Assembly: GCA_005222975.1 (NCBI GenBank)
Contig: NJBI01000029.1
Coordinates: 1 to 43,477, forward strand
Direction of reading: 5' to 3'
Origin: Promethearchaeota archaeon Loki_b31
GTDB taxonomy: Archaea; Asgardarchaeota; Lokiarchaeia; Sigyniarchaeales; SOKP01
DNA: 43,477 nt
The translations under genes and the position numbers were made by a program. Of this stretch, positions 8,528 through 18,407 are shown in pieces (positions within the stretch are counted from its first letter, which is position 1; each line of letters starts with the position of its first letter). Below the pieces are notes generated by a model, which did no database searches, was not told the DNA's origin, and worked only from the letters and a program-made list of their open reading frames with translations.

Positions 8528-9022
8528 TTAATCCTTAACAAAGTTTATCGCTATTTGAAGCAATTTATTATTTAAATAAATAAAACCATTAATTTCCTTG
8601 CTTCTAGAATCCATTATTATCCATATTAAGTGTTTGAACTTTTTTATACCACAGTTATGATAAGATTTCATACATTTTTTATCAAAGCCACTCGGATTTG
8701 CTCCAGCGGGGTGAGAATGAAAAATTGCTATTAATTGTAAATTGTTATTTTTTGAAATAGTAGTTGAAAGTTTTATCAACATGTCGTCGTTATCTAACAA
8801 GAATGCAACAGGACTTTTATTGCTAGAGTCAATACATTGAAAATCCTTACTATAATACTTATAATTAAAATCACCATTATTATTAATTTCTTGAATTTCA
8901 CCGAAAATTAAACCGCACGCTTCATTCGGGGTGGCCTTTTCAATACATTTTTCTAATTCGTTAATTAGGATTTTGTCAAAAAAAAAAATAATATCGTTTT
9001 CAAATCTCATTTTATACTTCAT
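8528..9022 (-). CDS. JAB/MPN+ (M67 family) metalloprotease
   Basis: PNEACGLIFG and FHSHPAGANPSGFD form a complete JAMM motif (E..HxH..S..D). Confidence 0.9.
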   Translation of the reverse strand: MKYKMRFENDIIFFFDKILINELEKCIEKATPNEACGLIFGEIQEINNNGDFNYKYYSKDFQCIDSSNKSPVAFLLDNDDMLIKLSTTISKNNNLQLIAIFHSHPAGANPSGFDKKCMKSYHNCGIKKFKHLIWIIMDSRSKEINGFIYLNNKLLQIAINFVKD

Positions 9023-9029
9023 ACTCGAA

Positions 9030-9707
9030 TTAAAATAACGTTAAAGCCGCGTTTAAAGCGGCTAACCGCGATATTTGGGGATTTTCACCCAAACCTATTA
9101 TTATCACATCGTCTTTCTCAAATAATACCTTAGCTTTTTCAATTTTAGATGTAAAATACTTCAGAGTTTTTTGATTGATTTTCTTTTGTTCTTCGATGCT
9201 ATTATTTACAAATTTAGAGGGAAAGATAATATCTTTTCCATTGTAGACAAGACAAGTAGCTCCAGAACCATTAACCTTTATTGCCGCGTCTCTTTGCTCG
9301 ATTCCGTTCTTAATCTTCTTAGTAGCGTTCTTAACTAAACAAAAGTAAGGATTAATATTTTCAGGTTCAATAATAATATCTTTTAAAAAAGTAAGGTCCG
9401 CTTTTTCTAATAAAGGAATTTTTTTTTTTACTTTAGCAAAAAATTTATGCCCTTTCTCAGTTAACACATGCCCTTTCCTTTCTCCTTCGTCTGGAACTAC
9501 AATAAACTCACTTACATCTTTTAGTTTTTTAACCAAAGATTTTGCTGTTCCAGATCCAATTTGCAATTCATCTTTAAGGCGATATCTTCCAATGCCTCCT
9601 GGATTTTCTCCAAATATAAATAAAGATAATATTATATGAACATAATCGAAAGTAGGTCTAATAGTTAGACTTTCAAATAGTGGCTTCAATTCACTTAATT
9701 CTTTCAT
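9030..9707 (-). CDS. DUF4443-like winged-helix protein
   Basis: IGRYRLKDELQIGSGTAKSLVKKL wHTH, GHVLTEKG, GIEQRDAAIKVNGSGAT. Confidence 0.8.
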   Translation of the reverse strand: MKELSELKPLFESLTIRPTFDYVHIILSLFIFGENPGGIGRYRLKDELQIGSGTAKSLVKKLKDVSEFIVVPDEGERKGHVLTEKGHKFFAKVKKKIPLLEKADLTFLKDIIIEPENINPYFCLVKNATKKIKNGIEQRDAAIKVNGSGATCLVYNGKDIIFPSKFVNNSIEEQKKINQKTLKYFTSKIEKAKVLFEKDDVIIIGLGENPQISRLAALNAALTLF

Positions 9708-9816
9708 GCTCTTGTAAAAAAAATATTACATCAAATAAAATTATAAGTTAAAATAGTATTATTTCCTTTATATAATCGATATTAATTACTTTATCGGGAA
9801 GTCGGCGAATTTTTTA

Positions 9817-10815
9817 ATGGCTAAAAAAAAAAGAGATCAAGATCAAGAAGATATGCACGAATTAATATTATTTAGAGAGCCGACTGCTCAGGAAATAAAA
9901 AAATTCGAATCTGTTTCTCTTGAATATATTGATCAAGAAGACAAAATTAATTTAGTATGCAAATCAGAACCTTTTGGAGGAAATTATCTTTACTCCTTGG
10001 TAATATCAAATATTAGCGTTGATCCGATTACAGAAATTAAGATTAGAGTGAGAATTCCAAGATTCTTAAAGCTTTGTAGAAGTACACCTCCAACTATAAC
10101 CATAGAAACAATTAATTTTGAAGAAGATGAAGAAGAAACACAAGTAAAAATAGAATTTGAAGTAATAAAAGGAAAGGCTCAAAAACAAATTAATTTATAT
10201 TTTTGCCCGTTATCCTTAGAAGAAAAGGGTGAGATTAGATCATCCGTTACATTCGTTAATAATGTTGATTTTGTTAGGGCAATTGAGACGGATGCTATTA
10301 CTATTCAATTCGATCCATTTAGCATTGAAAGAAAAATATTACCAAGCGCTGAAGTTAAAAAATTCCTACAGAAACCCGGGATAAAAAAAGCGATTAAAAG
10401 TATTGGGATTGGTATAGAAAAATTCTTCGACGAAAACTATTATTTCAACCAAATTAATAAAATCATCCAAGACCAAAATTTCCAATTAATTATTAAAGAT
10501 AAAGATAATAAAATTGCTTGGTTTTTCGGAACAGAATTAGTATCGGGAATCGATGTCTTGGTAATTGGACAAATTATCTCGGGTAAAATAGAATGGTTAG
10601 CAGCGTCGCAAAACCATCCTTTACTCATCTCCATCTTAACAAACTTTATAAACTCTTTTAAAGAAGAAATGATGATTTTAAACCAAATAAATTCTGAAGA
10701 TCAAATTTTTCACTTAGAATGTAAATATTGCGGCAATATCTTATCTAGCTTTCCTGGAAAAGGTAAATCTATCGAATGTAATAAATGCAACTACGAACAA
10801 GTTATTTGGAACTAG
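9817..10815 (+). CDS. Hypothetical protein: Ig-like beta-sandwich, alpha/beta platform-like domain and C-terminal zinc ribbon
   Basis: Alternating beta pattern (YSLVISNISVDPITEIKIRV); C-terminal CKYC..CNKC. Fold call is inference. Confidence 0.6.
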   Translation: MAKKKRDQDQEDMHELILFREPTAQEIKKFESVSLEYIDQEDKINLVCKSEPFGGNYLYSLVISNISVDPITEIKIRVRIPRFLKLCRSTPPTITIETINFEEDEEETQVKIEFEVIKGKAQKQINLYFCPLSLEEKGEIRSSVTFVNNVDFVRAIETDAITIQFDPFSIERKILPSAEVKKFLQKPGIKKAIKSIGIGIEKFFDENYYFNQINKIIQDQNFQLIIKDKDNKIAWFFGTELVSGIDVLVIGQIISGKIEWLAASQNHPLLISILTNFINSFKEEMMILNQINSEDQIFHLECKYCGNILSSFPGKGKSIECNKCNYEQVIWN

Positions 10816-11248
10816 AAAATTTAATTACTCCTTCGTAAATGTATTCTTTCGATGATGTGTTTTAAAAATAGATTAAATTTTTTTATGTTTCATTTGATAT
10901 TAAATTTCGCTTTTCAGCATTTCACAATTTGATTAAATTTTTATTTTCTTCTAAAATTATTACCAATTGTTTCAGTATGTCAGGTTTAGAGCCCTTTTTA
11001 TTCATTTTAGCATTAAATATTCACAGATTTGAAAAATCAGTGCAAGATATTTATATTGTACGAAATGATTCGATTAGTATGATTTGAATTTTGTCGTGAA
11101 ATTTTTTTCGTTTTTTTCCTTAGAAAATCAAGTATCAATCAAAATCTTTAAATATATAAAAGAACATTCTTTATTTGATTAAGTAAATTTAATCAAAAAA
11201 ATTAAATTTAAAAATATTAACTAAAATATATAAAGTGGAGGAATTATC

Positions 11249-11461
11249 ATGTCTGAATACATTAGTTGGAGTCCTATTAGGCGCCTTATGAAACATAACG
11301 GTGCTGTTATTGTCGCAAGAGACGCTGTAAACGAGCTAGTCGATTGGATGGGCGCATCAGCAGAAAAAATAACCAAAAGTGCGTTAACCTTAACGAAACA
11401 TTCAAAACGTAAGAAAATAACTCGGGACGATATCTTATTAGCTATTAAATACTTCAAATAA
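11249..11461 (+). CDS. Archaeal histone (HMf-like, tail-less)
   Basis: PIRRLMK, VARDA, KHSKRKKITRDDI histone-fold motifs; SD GGAGG at 11237-11241. Confidence 0.93.
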   Translation: MSEYISWSPIRRLMKHNGAVIVARDAVNELVDWMGASAEKITKSALTLTKHSKRKKITRDDILLAIKYFK

Positions 11462-11482
11462 ATAGCAAATATAGTTTAAAAC

Positions 11483-11512
11483 TTATTTCTTTTTTTTTTC
11501 TTTTTATTTTAT
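11483..11512 (+). terminator. Oligo-T terminator of the histone gene
   Basis: TTATTTCTTTTTTTTTTCTTTTTATTTT about 20 bp after the stop. Confidence 0.6.
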
Positions 11513-12099
11513 TTATTAAATTAATCAGGAAAATTTCTATTAACTTTTATTAGCAGATGTTTCAAATATTGTTTCATATAGAACCTTTCGCTGTTGCAAT
11601 AGTTTAACTTTTCGTTATTTGATAATTCTTTACATTTTTTCAAGAGAGTATGGATATCTTCAACTATAATAAAATACTCTTTTTTAGCAACATCACATTC
11701 TTGAATTATTAGATCATTAACTAAATTTGAGTTAAAATCGTTGTCTCCAACTTGAGTTTTTCTACTATTTATTGAAGGGCTATCTATGTTTGGTTTAACT
11801 GTTTCAATGAAATATACTACTTCTTTACTATTGCTGAAACCTTTTGAAATGAATACTCATCTCGGAGAATTTTCGATTTAATGAAAGAAATCACAAAACA
11901 ATATTTAAAAGAGAAGATAGTAGCAATTTATTGTTAAATAAGAAAATTAGTAAAAAAGTCTATTAATCTAAGCAATAATTATTGTTGATGTATTTTTCTA
12001 ATCCTTCGAGAATACTTCTAGTTCCCTTAGAATTATAATTTCAATTAAATGTATCTCTTTTAATTCCTTTTATTTCATAAATTTTATTAAATTATATTG

Positions 12100-12191
12100 T
12101 CTAGCTCCTTCTTGATCGAATAGTTTTGCGGTTGTTTCTCCGATGCTTGCCTCCGCTCCTGTAATTATGCTACTTTTCTTTCTAATTTCAT
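12100..12191 (-). pseudogene. 5' remnant of an SDR-family oxidoreductase
   Basis: ATG AAA TTA GAA AGA AAA GTA GCA TAA; a one-base shift continues IITGAEASIGETTAKLFDQEGAR, a decayed Rossmann TGxxxGIG motif. Homology ends after about 30 codons. Confidence 0.8.
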
Positions 12192-12217
12192 GATTGTTAA
12201 ATCCCATTTAATTTAAT

Positions 12218-13015
12218 TCATAATCCCAAAATTTTTCGAGCTTCGGATGGATCTGCTGTTTCACGCCCCATTTCTTTACTGATATTTACCATCCGAAGTA
12301 CAATCTCAGCATTATCTTTTGCTGGAACATTCTCCTTCAAGAAAGGATAGTCTTCCGTTCCTATACGCACATTCCCTCCATTAGCAATTGACATTACAGC
12401 AATTTTAGTCTGTTCTTCCCCCATAACACTAATCGTATGAAGGCAATTTTCGGGCATGTATTTTATTCTATGCAAATATTCATCCGCTGTTGGTGGTGAC
12501 CATGTGCCCCCAGGCCAGTTAAAAAACAAGGTTAAAACATGGGGCGCATTCAATAAACCTTTTTCAATTAAATAGTTAAGATTCCAATATGAACCTATAT
12601 GCCACACTTCCCATTCAGGTTTTATACTAAACTTTTCGCAAGTAATGCAGTACTGTTCTAATTCGTCAAGATCGTGGATTTGGTTTACTGTCATTTCAGT
12701 AAAATGCTCATCGTGATGATTCAATATCACAGAAAGCATGTCGGGTTTCGCATGAAAGTCTGGAGCTCTTTCTTCTATTGGGTAGCTGGACATACCTGCT
12801 TGGATTATAATATCGCATCTTTCTCTAATTCTTTTAACAGTTTCGATCTCTTCTCCTCTGGGCAGGTGAACGTGAGCGATTGCAGCTCCAGCTTCATAGC
12901 ATTTAACAACATCCTCTATCAAAGCATCTGTTGTTTCCGCCCAATTTTTTAAATCAGGATACATCCAAGAATTTGCAGTTGTGGCTGTAATAATCATCTT
13001 CTCATATTCTATCAT
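12218..13015 (-). CDS. Beta-keto acid cleavage enzyme (BKACE/DUF849, Kce-like)
   Basis: CYEAGAAIAHVH Zn motif, KPEWEVW, GGNVRIGTED, DNAEIV. Confidence 0.88.
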   Translation of the reverse strand: MIEYEKMIITATTANSWMYPDLKNWAETTDALIEDVVKCYEAGAAIAHVHLPRGEEIETVKRIRERCDIIIQAGMSSYPIEERAPDFHAKPDMLSVILNHHDEHFTEMTVNQIHDLDELEQYCITCEKFSIKPEWEVWHIGSYWNLNYLIEKGLLNAPHVLTLFFNWPGGTWSPPTADEYLHRIKYMPENCLHTISVMGEEQTKIAVMSIANGGNVRIGTEDYPFLKENVPAKDNAEIVLRMVNISKEMGRETADPSEARKILGL

Positions 13016-13119
13016 TACATTCTTACAATTTAGCTTATGATTATAACTTTATATTTATTATTTAAGTAGTAAAAATTTTAAAAATTTGATTTTTTCTTCA
13101 GGTTATTTTAAAAAAGTAT

Positions 13120-13226
13120 TGTAAAGTTTATTTAACATATTACAAATTAGGAGGATAAACTACTTTACTATCTATTCTTGATCAGAATAGAAATATTTAA
13201 ATATGTATGTAAATATTTATTACATA
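13120..13226. promoter_or_regulatory. Putative XRE operator palindromes in the divergent promoter region
   Basis: TATGTAA-ATATTTA-TTACATA (13206-13226, perfect arms) and TGTAAA-GTTTAT-TTAACA (13120-13137); also inverted repeat TCTATTCT-TGATC-AGAATAGA (13171-13191). Confidence 0.5.
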
Positions 13227-13336
13227 GCAAAGAAATATTTTAAGCTTTCTTTTTTAAAGGCTTAAAATGTTAGAAAATTGAAGATAATTATAATTTACAT
13301 ATAATAAAATTAATAAAAAAATGGAGGAATTATAAT

Positions 13337-14164
13337 ATGAGTAAAAATGATTTAGACTTTCAAGGTAAAATTTCTCGCGATTATGCTAAAAAACAGATTC
13401 TTAAAGGCTCTATCGGTTATTTTCTATTTTATGCATCGTGGATGTTTTTGACATCTGGGCTTATATACTTTTTTGAAGCTAGTATACAATTAGAATGGTT
13501 CTTATTGATGATATTCTATGTAGTACTTATTCCCTACGTGTTTTATTTGATTTTTACTATATGGTACGAATTTAAGTACGTCAAAATGTTTTCGTTTGAA
13601 GTGCAAGAAAATACCCTTGTTATTCGTCATGGTGTTTTCAATAGGGTTAAAGCTACGATTCCTTATAGTAGGATACAAAACATTAATATGACGAATGGAG
13701 TTTTCGATAGAATGTACAAGACTTTTACTGTTAAGGTTGAAACGGCTGGGTCTAGCGCAGTCACAGCTAGTAGTCAATCAGGTCATCTAAAACCGGAAGG
13801 ATATATTCCTGGATTGAAAGACCCTACTCTCATTGAGAATAAAATAAAAGAACGCTTAATGAGATATTCTGCGATACCAAGTGGTTTAGAAGACAAGATT
13901 TTTAAGCCGGAGGAATTGGCATTTGACAACTTTATCAGCTATATTCTTTCAAAAATGCGCGAAGGAGAAAAGCTAAGAACTTCAATCAAAGAAAGACGTG
14001 AAGGTGTTAAGTTGACAGTCGCTAACTTAGCTGAAAAAGTTGGTGTGCCTATTAATACAATCAAATATTTAGAAGAAGGAAAATACAATCCAAGTCTCGC
14101 CGTAGCTTACAAAATCGCTGAAGTGTTAAATTGTAAAATCGAAGAGCTTTTTAAATTAGCTTAA
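13337..14164 (+). CDS. Membrane protein with bacterial PH domain (bPH_2/YdbS-like) fused to a C-terminal XRE HTH
   Basis: Two TM helices; IRHGVFNRVKATIPYSRIQNI..VETAG; C-terminal LAEKVGVPINTIKYLEEGKYNPSLAVAYKIAEVL. SD GGAGG. Confidence 0.85.
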   Translation: MSKNDLDFQGKISRDYAKKQILKGSIGYFLFYASWMFLTSGLIYFFEASIQLEWFLLMIFYVVLIPYVFYLIFTIWYEFKYVKMFSFEVQENTLVIRHGVFNRVKATIPYSRIQNINMTNGVFDRMYKTFTVKVETAGSSAVTASSQSGHLKPEGYIPGLKDPTLIENKIKERLMRYSAIPSGLEDKIFKPEELAFDNFISYILSKMREGEKLRTSIKERREGVKLTVANLAEKVGVPINTIKYLEEGKYNPSLAVAYKIAEVLNCKIEELFKLA

Positions 14165-14223
14165 TTTTTTTTTTTTCACATTTATTCTAAAATATATTTT
14201 AAAATTATATAGGTGAGAAGCAT

Positions 14224-14631
14224 CTGAAATTTAAGAAAAAAATAAAATCTAAAGTTAAAGATTTTAGAGAAAAGCTAGGTTTAACTCAACAGCAGTTAGC
14301 CGAAAAAATAGGTGTTTCTCGCCAGACAATCTATTATCTTGAGAAAGGAGATTACAATCCTTCTCTAACAATTTCATTTAAACTTTCAGAGATTTTTAAT
14401 AAACAGTTAGATATGATTTTTTATCAAGAACCTATCATGAAAGATTTGCTAGGTAATAAAACTCTGGACGAATTAGAAAGCATTTCTGAAACTATAGGTA
14501 TGAAAAAAATTAAGTTGATCGAGCTAAAAAACCTTAATGAGTCTCAATTGGCTTTAAATTATAAGAAAAATGAGATTGAGAAATTGTCTCATGCATTAGG
14601 TTATAAATTTGAAGATTTATTTGAAGAATAA
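14224..14631 (+). CDS. XRE-family HTH transcriptional regulator (probable CTG start)
   Basis: Frame is open from 14203 and encodes REKLGLTQQQLAEKIGVSRQTIYYLEKGDYNPSL upstream of the first ATG (14413); SD AGGTGA 7 nt before CTG 14224. C-terminal half looks like a degenerate second HTH. Confidence 0.85.
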   Translation: MKFKKKIKSKVKDFREKLGLTQQQLAEKIGVSRQTIYYLEKGDYNPSLTISFKLSEIFNKQLDMIFYQEPIMKDLLGNKTLDELESISETIGMKKIKLIELKNLNESQLALNYKKNEIEKLSHALGYKFEDLFEE

Positions 14632-14645
14632 CAATTCTTTTCAGA

Positions 14646-16268
14646 TTAGAATATATCGAAAGCTTTTCCCATCCAATAAATGACCAGATACGAGTTTGGT
14701 ATCACCTGTGTTAATCCATTTCCACTAGGATTTCCGCCTGTACCAAAAAATTTGCCATGTTCCCAGAGGAAGTGATGAACACCCATTTCTGAGATGGTTA
14801 ACGGGAATAGGTATCGAACATTATCAATATCAATTAACTCCCCCATCCAAGAAAAGAGAGTGCCATACACATTATTTTCAAAGAAATCCAGCCATTTAGC
14901 GTTTAAAGGACTAATTTCCATAGCGGCAATATCAGGGTTAAGGCTTGTTGCTCTTGTTGAATTAGGCCTCATAGTTAAATTGTAATTCCTTATTCCATTA
15001 CCCCATCCACTAGTGTTGAATCTCCATAATTGATCTAAAATATCCCATTTTATTGTCTCATCATTATATTGTGGATCCTCAAATACAGAAGAATCCTGTA
15101 CCAGAGTCATAAAGGCAAGATGAATAATATTGAAAAAGGCATTCCGATGGTATCTTAAGAAACTATAAAAACCTTCTTCAAATCTTTTTATGTAATGATA
15201 TTGTAATAAGGGATTGTCTTCCAGCATTATTAAAGCGAATTCTACATCCATACTAAAAGCTAAAGCGTAAGTATCCATTGCAGTATTGCTAACTGACCCC
15301 ATATGTCCGTTATTCATTGACATAATCTTTGCTGCCACATAGTTGTAAAGAGAATCGTATTTTTCGGGAAACGCTGTAGCACCTATTCGTAATAAGGTTA
15401 ATTGCCACATATTTTCTCCTAATATTGGATTTAGGTCTGAACCTACAGGTTCTCCGTCTCCACCTAATAATAACCAGTTAGTTTTGCGAAAACCTTCGAT
15501 CATTTGCGCCGCTAATAAGCCAATTCTTTCTACGCACCATCTACTATCATCATTTGCTTCAGGATCAACAAATTTTAATACGCTGGCAAAGCCAAGATAA
15601 TATCCTGCTAACTCGTCGCGGGAAGTATGTACTCTAACTCTCCAATTTTTATAAGGACCCGTTCCATTAAAATGTCGTGGGTGATCATCGAATAGCCATT
15701 CGTGATATTTTCGATTCTCTGGAGCAGAGACAAACCTTGCTGGCATTCCAGGATAATCAGGACCAATACCCCCGTTGGGAGCAGCAAGCATATTAGTAAA
15801 TCCTGAAACGCATTTCTTTATCATACGGGTAGCATTATTCAATTCGTCTGACATTCCAGGTAAATCGATATTATCTAATGCGTATTTATAACGCAAACAT
15901 TGTGAGGCAAGCGTATACCCTAGATGGAGATTTCCGTTATCGGTTCCGTGCCAATTTCCAACCTCGCTATAATTATCGTTAGTAAATGTAACATCAATAC
16001 TAATGTTAGTAGGAACATGCCATTTCTCCAACTGATAATTATATGTATCTGCCATTTGTTTCAAATAAGTTTGATTTCCTTCAATTTGATTTAAAGGTGT
16101 GAAGTAATCTGTATTTGGAGGGTCAAGATTTAAAGTAAGTGAAGCGAGATCGTTAAGGATGTAAAGGCCAAAACCTAAAAAGATAGAAAAACTAATTACC
16201 GGAATTAAAAATAAAAAAGTTATCGCGATATTTTTTTTAAAAAGATTTTTTCTCGTTCTTATTCGCAT
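14646..16268 (-). CDS. Membrane-anchored extracellular protein, possibly alpha/alpha-toroid (glycosidase-like)
   Basis: Basic N-terminus plus one TM helix; DNGNLHLGYTLASQCLRY and TSRDELAGYYLG motifs; many N-x-S/T sequons. Function is inference. Confidence 0.6.
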   Translation of the reverse strand: MRIRTRKNLFKKNIAITFLFLIPVISFSIFLGFGLYILNDLASLTLNLDPPNTDYFTPLNQIEGNQTYLKQMADTYNYQLEKWHVPTNISIDVTFTNDNYSEVGNWHGTDNGNLHLGYTLASQCLRYKYALDNIDLPGMSDELNNATRMIKKCVSGFTNMLAAPNGGIGPDYPGMPARFVSAPENRKYHEWLFDDHPRHFNGTGPYKNWRVRVHTSRDELAGYYLGFASVLKFVDPEANDDSRWCVERIGLLAAQMIEGFRKTNWLLLGGDGEPVGSDLNPILGENMWQLTLLRIGATAFPEKYDSLYNYVAAKIMSMNNGHMGSVSNTAMDTYALAFSMDVEFALIMLEDNPLLQYHYIKRFEEGFYSFLRYHRNAFFNIIHLAFMTLVQDSSVFEDPQYNDETIKWDILDQLWRFNTSGWGNGIRNYNLTMRPNSTRATSLNPDIAAMEISPLNAKWLDFFENNVYGTLFSWMGELIDIDNVRYLFPLTISEMGVHHFLWEHGKFFGTGGNPSGNGLTQVIPNSYLVIYWMGKAFDIF

Positions 16269-16346
16269 TTAAACCACATTTTTTAAAAGAGTAATAAAAA
16301 ATATCTCATTTGTTTTGCTATGTATTTATTTTCACTTTTCTACTAT

Positions 16347-17090
16347 TTAAATTTTTAAAAACTGAAGCCACGACGAATCATCTTTTAATTGTTCATATTT
16401 TTCTTTATCTCCAAAATCTCCTCTAAATTGATTTTTCTCCATCTTTACTACTCTTACTTTCCAGTTTCGCTCGTTCATACCTTTTAAGAGAGCCTTTGGT
16501 ATTTCTATCTCACCTCTTTCAGAAGGCTTGAGGTTTTTTAAAACTTCGAAAATTTCCTTAGAAAAAATAAACACGCCACAATTATTTAGATTCGATCCGG
16601 GCGTTCCCTTTGGTGGCTTCTCAACTATATTTTTGCAGATAATATCGTCACAAAAAACAGCAGCTCCTAAATGAGGGTCTTTAGTGTAATTTGCTACTAA
16701 AATAAAATCGTACTTTTCTTTTCGATGAGTATCATACACTTTTTTATAAACTTCATAAGGTACTAGAATATCCCCCCATGTTAGAAAAAAATTATTATTA
16801 GAAATTGAATCTTTACAGAGTAATAACGCGCCTCCTGTGCCATTTAACTCTTTTTGCTCGATATATTCAATATTTACCCCCCACTTTTTACCATTTTGAA
16901 AATAGTCTATAATTTGTTCTTTTCGATATCCTACTACTATTATAATATCTTGAAATCCAGCATAAATTAGCCCATTTAAAATATACTCTAACATGGGCTT
17001 TCCATGAAGAGGTATCATTGTTTTTTGGTATTTTTTAGTATAGGGATACAATCGTTTTCCATAACCGGCACATAACACAATCGCTTTCAG
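16347..17090 (-). CDS. Sugar-1-phosphate nucleotidyltransferase (probable CTG start)
   Basis: (M)KAIVLCAGYGKRLYPYT..K signature, EQKELNGTGGA, WGD, VEKP, SERGEIEI; CTG 17090 overlaps the upstream stop (CTGA). Confidence 0.92.
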   Translation of the reverse strand: MKAIVLCAGYGKRLYPYTKKYQKTMIPLHGKPMLEYILNGLIYAGFQDIIIVVGYRKEQIIDYFQNGKKWGVNIEYIEQKELNGTGGALLLCKDSISNNNFFLTWGDILVPYEVYKKVYDTHRKEKYDFILVANYTKDPHLGAAVFCDDIICKNIVEKPPKGTPGSNLNNCGVFIFSKEIFEVLKNLKPSERGEIEIPKALLKGMNERNWKVRVVKMEKNQFRGDFGDKEKYEQLKDDSSWLQFLKI

Positions 17091-18190
17091 TACATCTCAA
17101 CTCCTTTACTAGTTTCTATAATAAAAGCTTCCCCGCCAGCATCTTCTATAACATTCTTAAGAAGATGTACATTATTTGGCATTAAAGCAAACATCGTCCC
17201 ACCGAACCCAGAACCATTAATTTTTCCACCTAAAGCCCCAGAGCTTAAACTATTAGAGATAATTTTATTAATTTTATTAGTTGAAATCTGTATATTGTCT
17301 CTTAATTGTTCTTGATGCAAATTTAATAGAGATCCTAGTCTTCGATAAAATTTAACCATATTATTCGAGCTCTCTCCTTGTTTTAATAAAGAAAGTTGTT
17401 TATCGATTAATTCCTTTGCTTTATAAGTAATGTCTCTATTAATAATATTTCCTACAATCTTTTCCTGATGCTCTTTTTTTAAACTAGGTAAATACGGCTG
17501 TATATCTTCTAATTTTGTATAAAATTGATTGAATCCGGGCATTATATTGGAAATTTTCTCAAAAGCATCTAATGTTAGATTTTTTGTTCTAACCAAGTCA
17601 TCTACCGTCTCTTTTTTTTCCATTGAATTTCCTAAAACAAACCCTTTTAGCTTGAGGTCATAAACAATTAAATTAGGTTTTGGGAGTACAGGTTTTAAAA
17701 AGATTAAGTTTCCAAAAACCGAGCTAAAGTGATCCATCATACCCCCTCCTTCTTTAAACTCCTTTACTTCCGTATTATACCCCTCTACTGCTAACTGAAA
17801 GAGATCTAATTTTGTATCACTTATTATGTTTAAAAAATATAACCAAGCAATCACTAAAGCTGAAGAACTGGCAACACCTGCGTTAATTGGGATATCCCCG
17901 GTAATTTTAATCCTATATCCTTTTTCAAACCTGCTTCTTTTCCTGAGAAATTGATTGTAACCACTAATTAGATAATCTCGATTTGATTCGTAATCGAGCT
18001 CTTTATTATTTAGCGATATCTCTACGAATGAATTTAAATTAGGCATATTTATTAAAAATTTTGGCTCAGAAATTCTTTCTGCTTCTAAATAAATATACTT
18101 TGATATCGCCATACAGATTATAGGATAATCCAAATAATCTTGATGCTCGCCAAAGAGACATATTCTTCCGGGAGATTTAATTCGAATCAT
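17087..18190 (-). CDS. GHMP kinase, galactokinase-like
   Basis: PGRICLFGEHQDY, IPINAGVASSSA, GGMMD, GGKINGSGFGG. Confidence 0.9.
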   Translation of the reverse strand: MIRIKSPGRICLFGEHQDYLDYPIICMAISKYIYLEAERISEPKFLINMPNLNSFVEISLNNKELDYESNRDYLISGYNQFLRKRSRFEKGYRIKITGDIPINAGVASSSALVIAWLYFLNIISDTKLDLFQLAVEGYNTEVKEFKEGGGMMDHFSSVFGNLIFLKPVLPKPNLIVYDLKLKGFVLGNSMEKKETVDDLVRTKNLTLDAFEKISNIMPGFNQFYTKLEDIQPYLPSLKKEHQEKIVGNIINRDITYKAKELIDKQLSLLKQGESSNNMVKFYRRLGSLLNLHQEQLRDNIQISTNKINKIISNSLSSGALGGKINGSGFGGTMFALMPNNVHLLKNVIEDAGGEAFIIETSKGVEMY

Positions 18191-18407
18191 TTTCTTGTAT
18201 TTACTTTTATTAAGAAATTACTAACTAAATTCAATTTTTTTTTTTTTGGGTATCTTTATAATTTAAAAGATTTTAGTGTATGATATTATATTACTAGGAT
18301 ATTACTTTTTTTTTTCTTTTTTGGATATTAAATTTTATTGATGTCTTAATGATGATTTTTCTTTAAGTTATTATAGCGACCTAGATAAAAAATAACGAGT
18401 TTAATTT

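Noticed and set aside
10816-11248. ncRNA in the 430-bp gap upstream of the histone gene
   Set aside because: Very AT-rich with no convincing stems; explained by terminator and promoter sequence.
11520-11865. Selenoprotein or stop-codon readthrough in the interrupted minus-strand frame
   Set aside because: Stops are mixed TGA and TAG, no redox motif or SECIS-like stem is evident, and TGA/TAG act as normal stops elsewhere in the window; decay is simpler.
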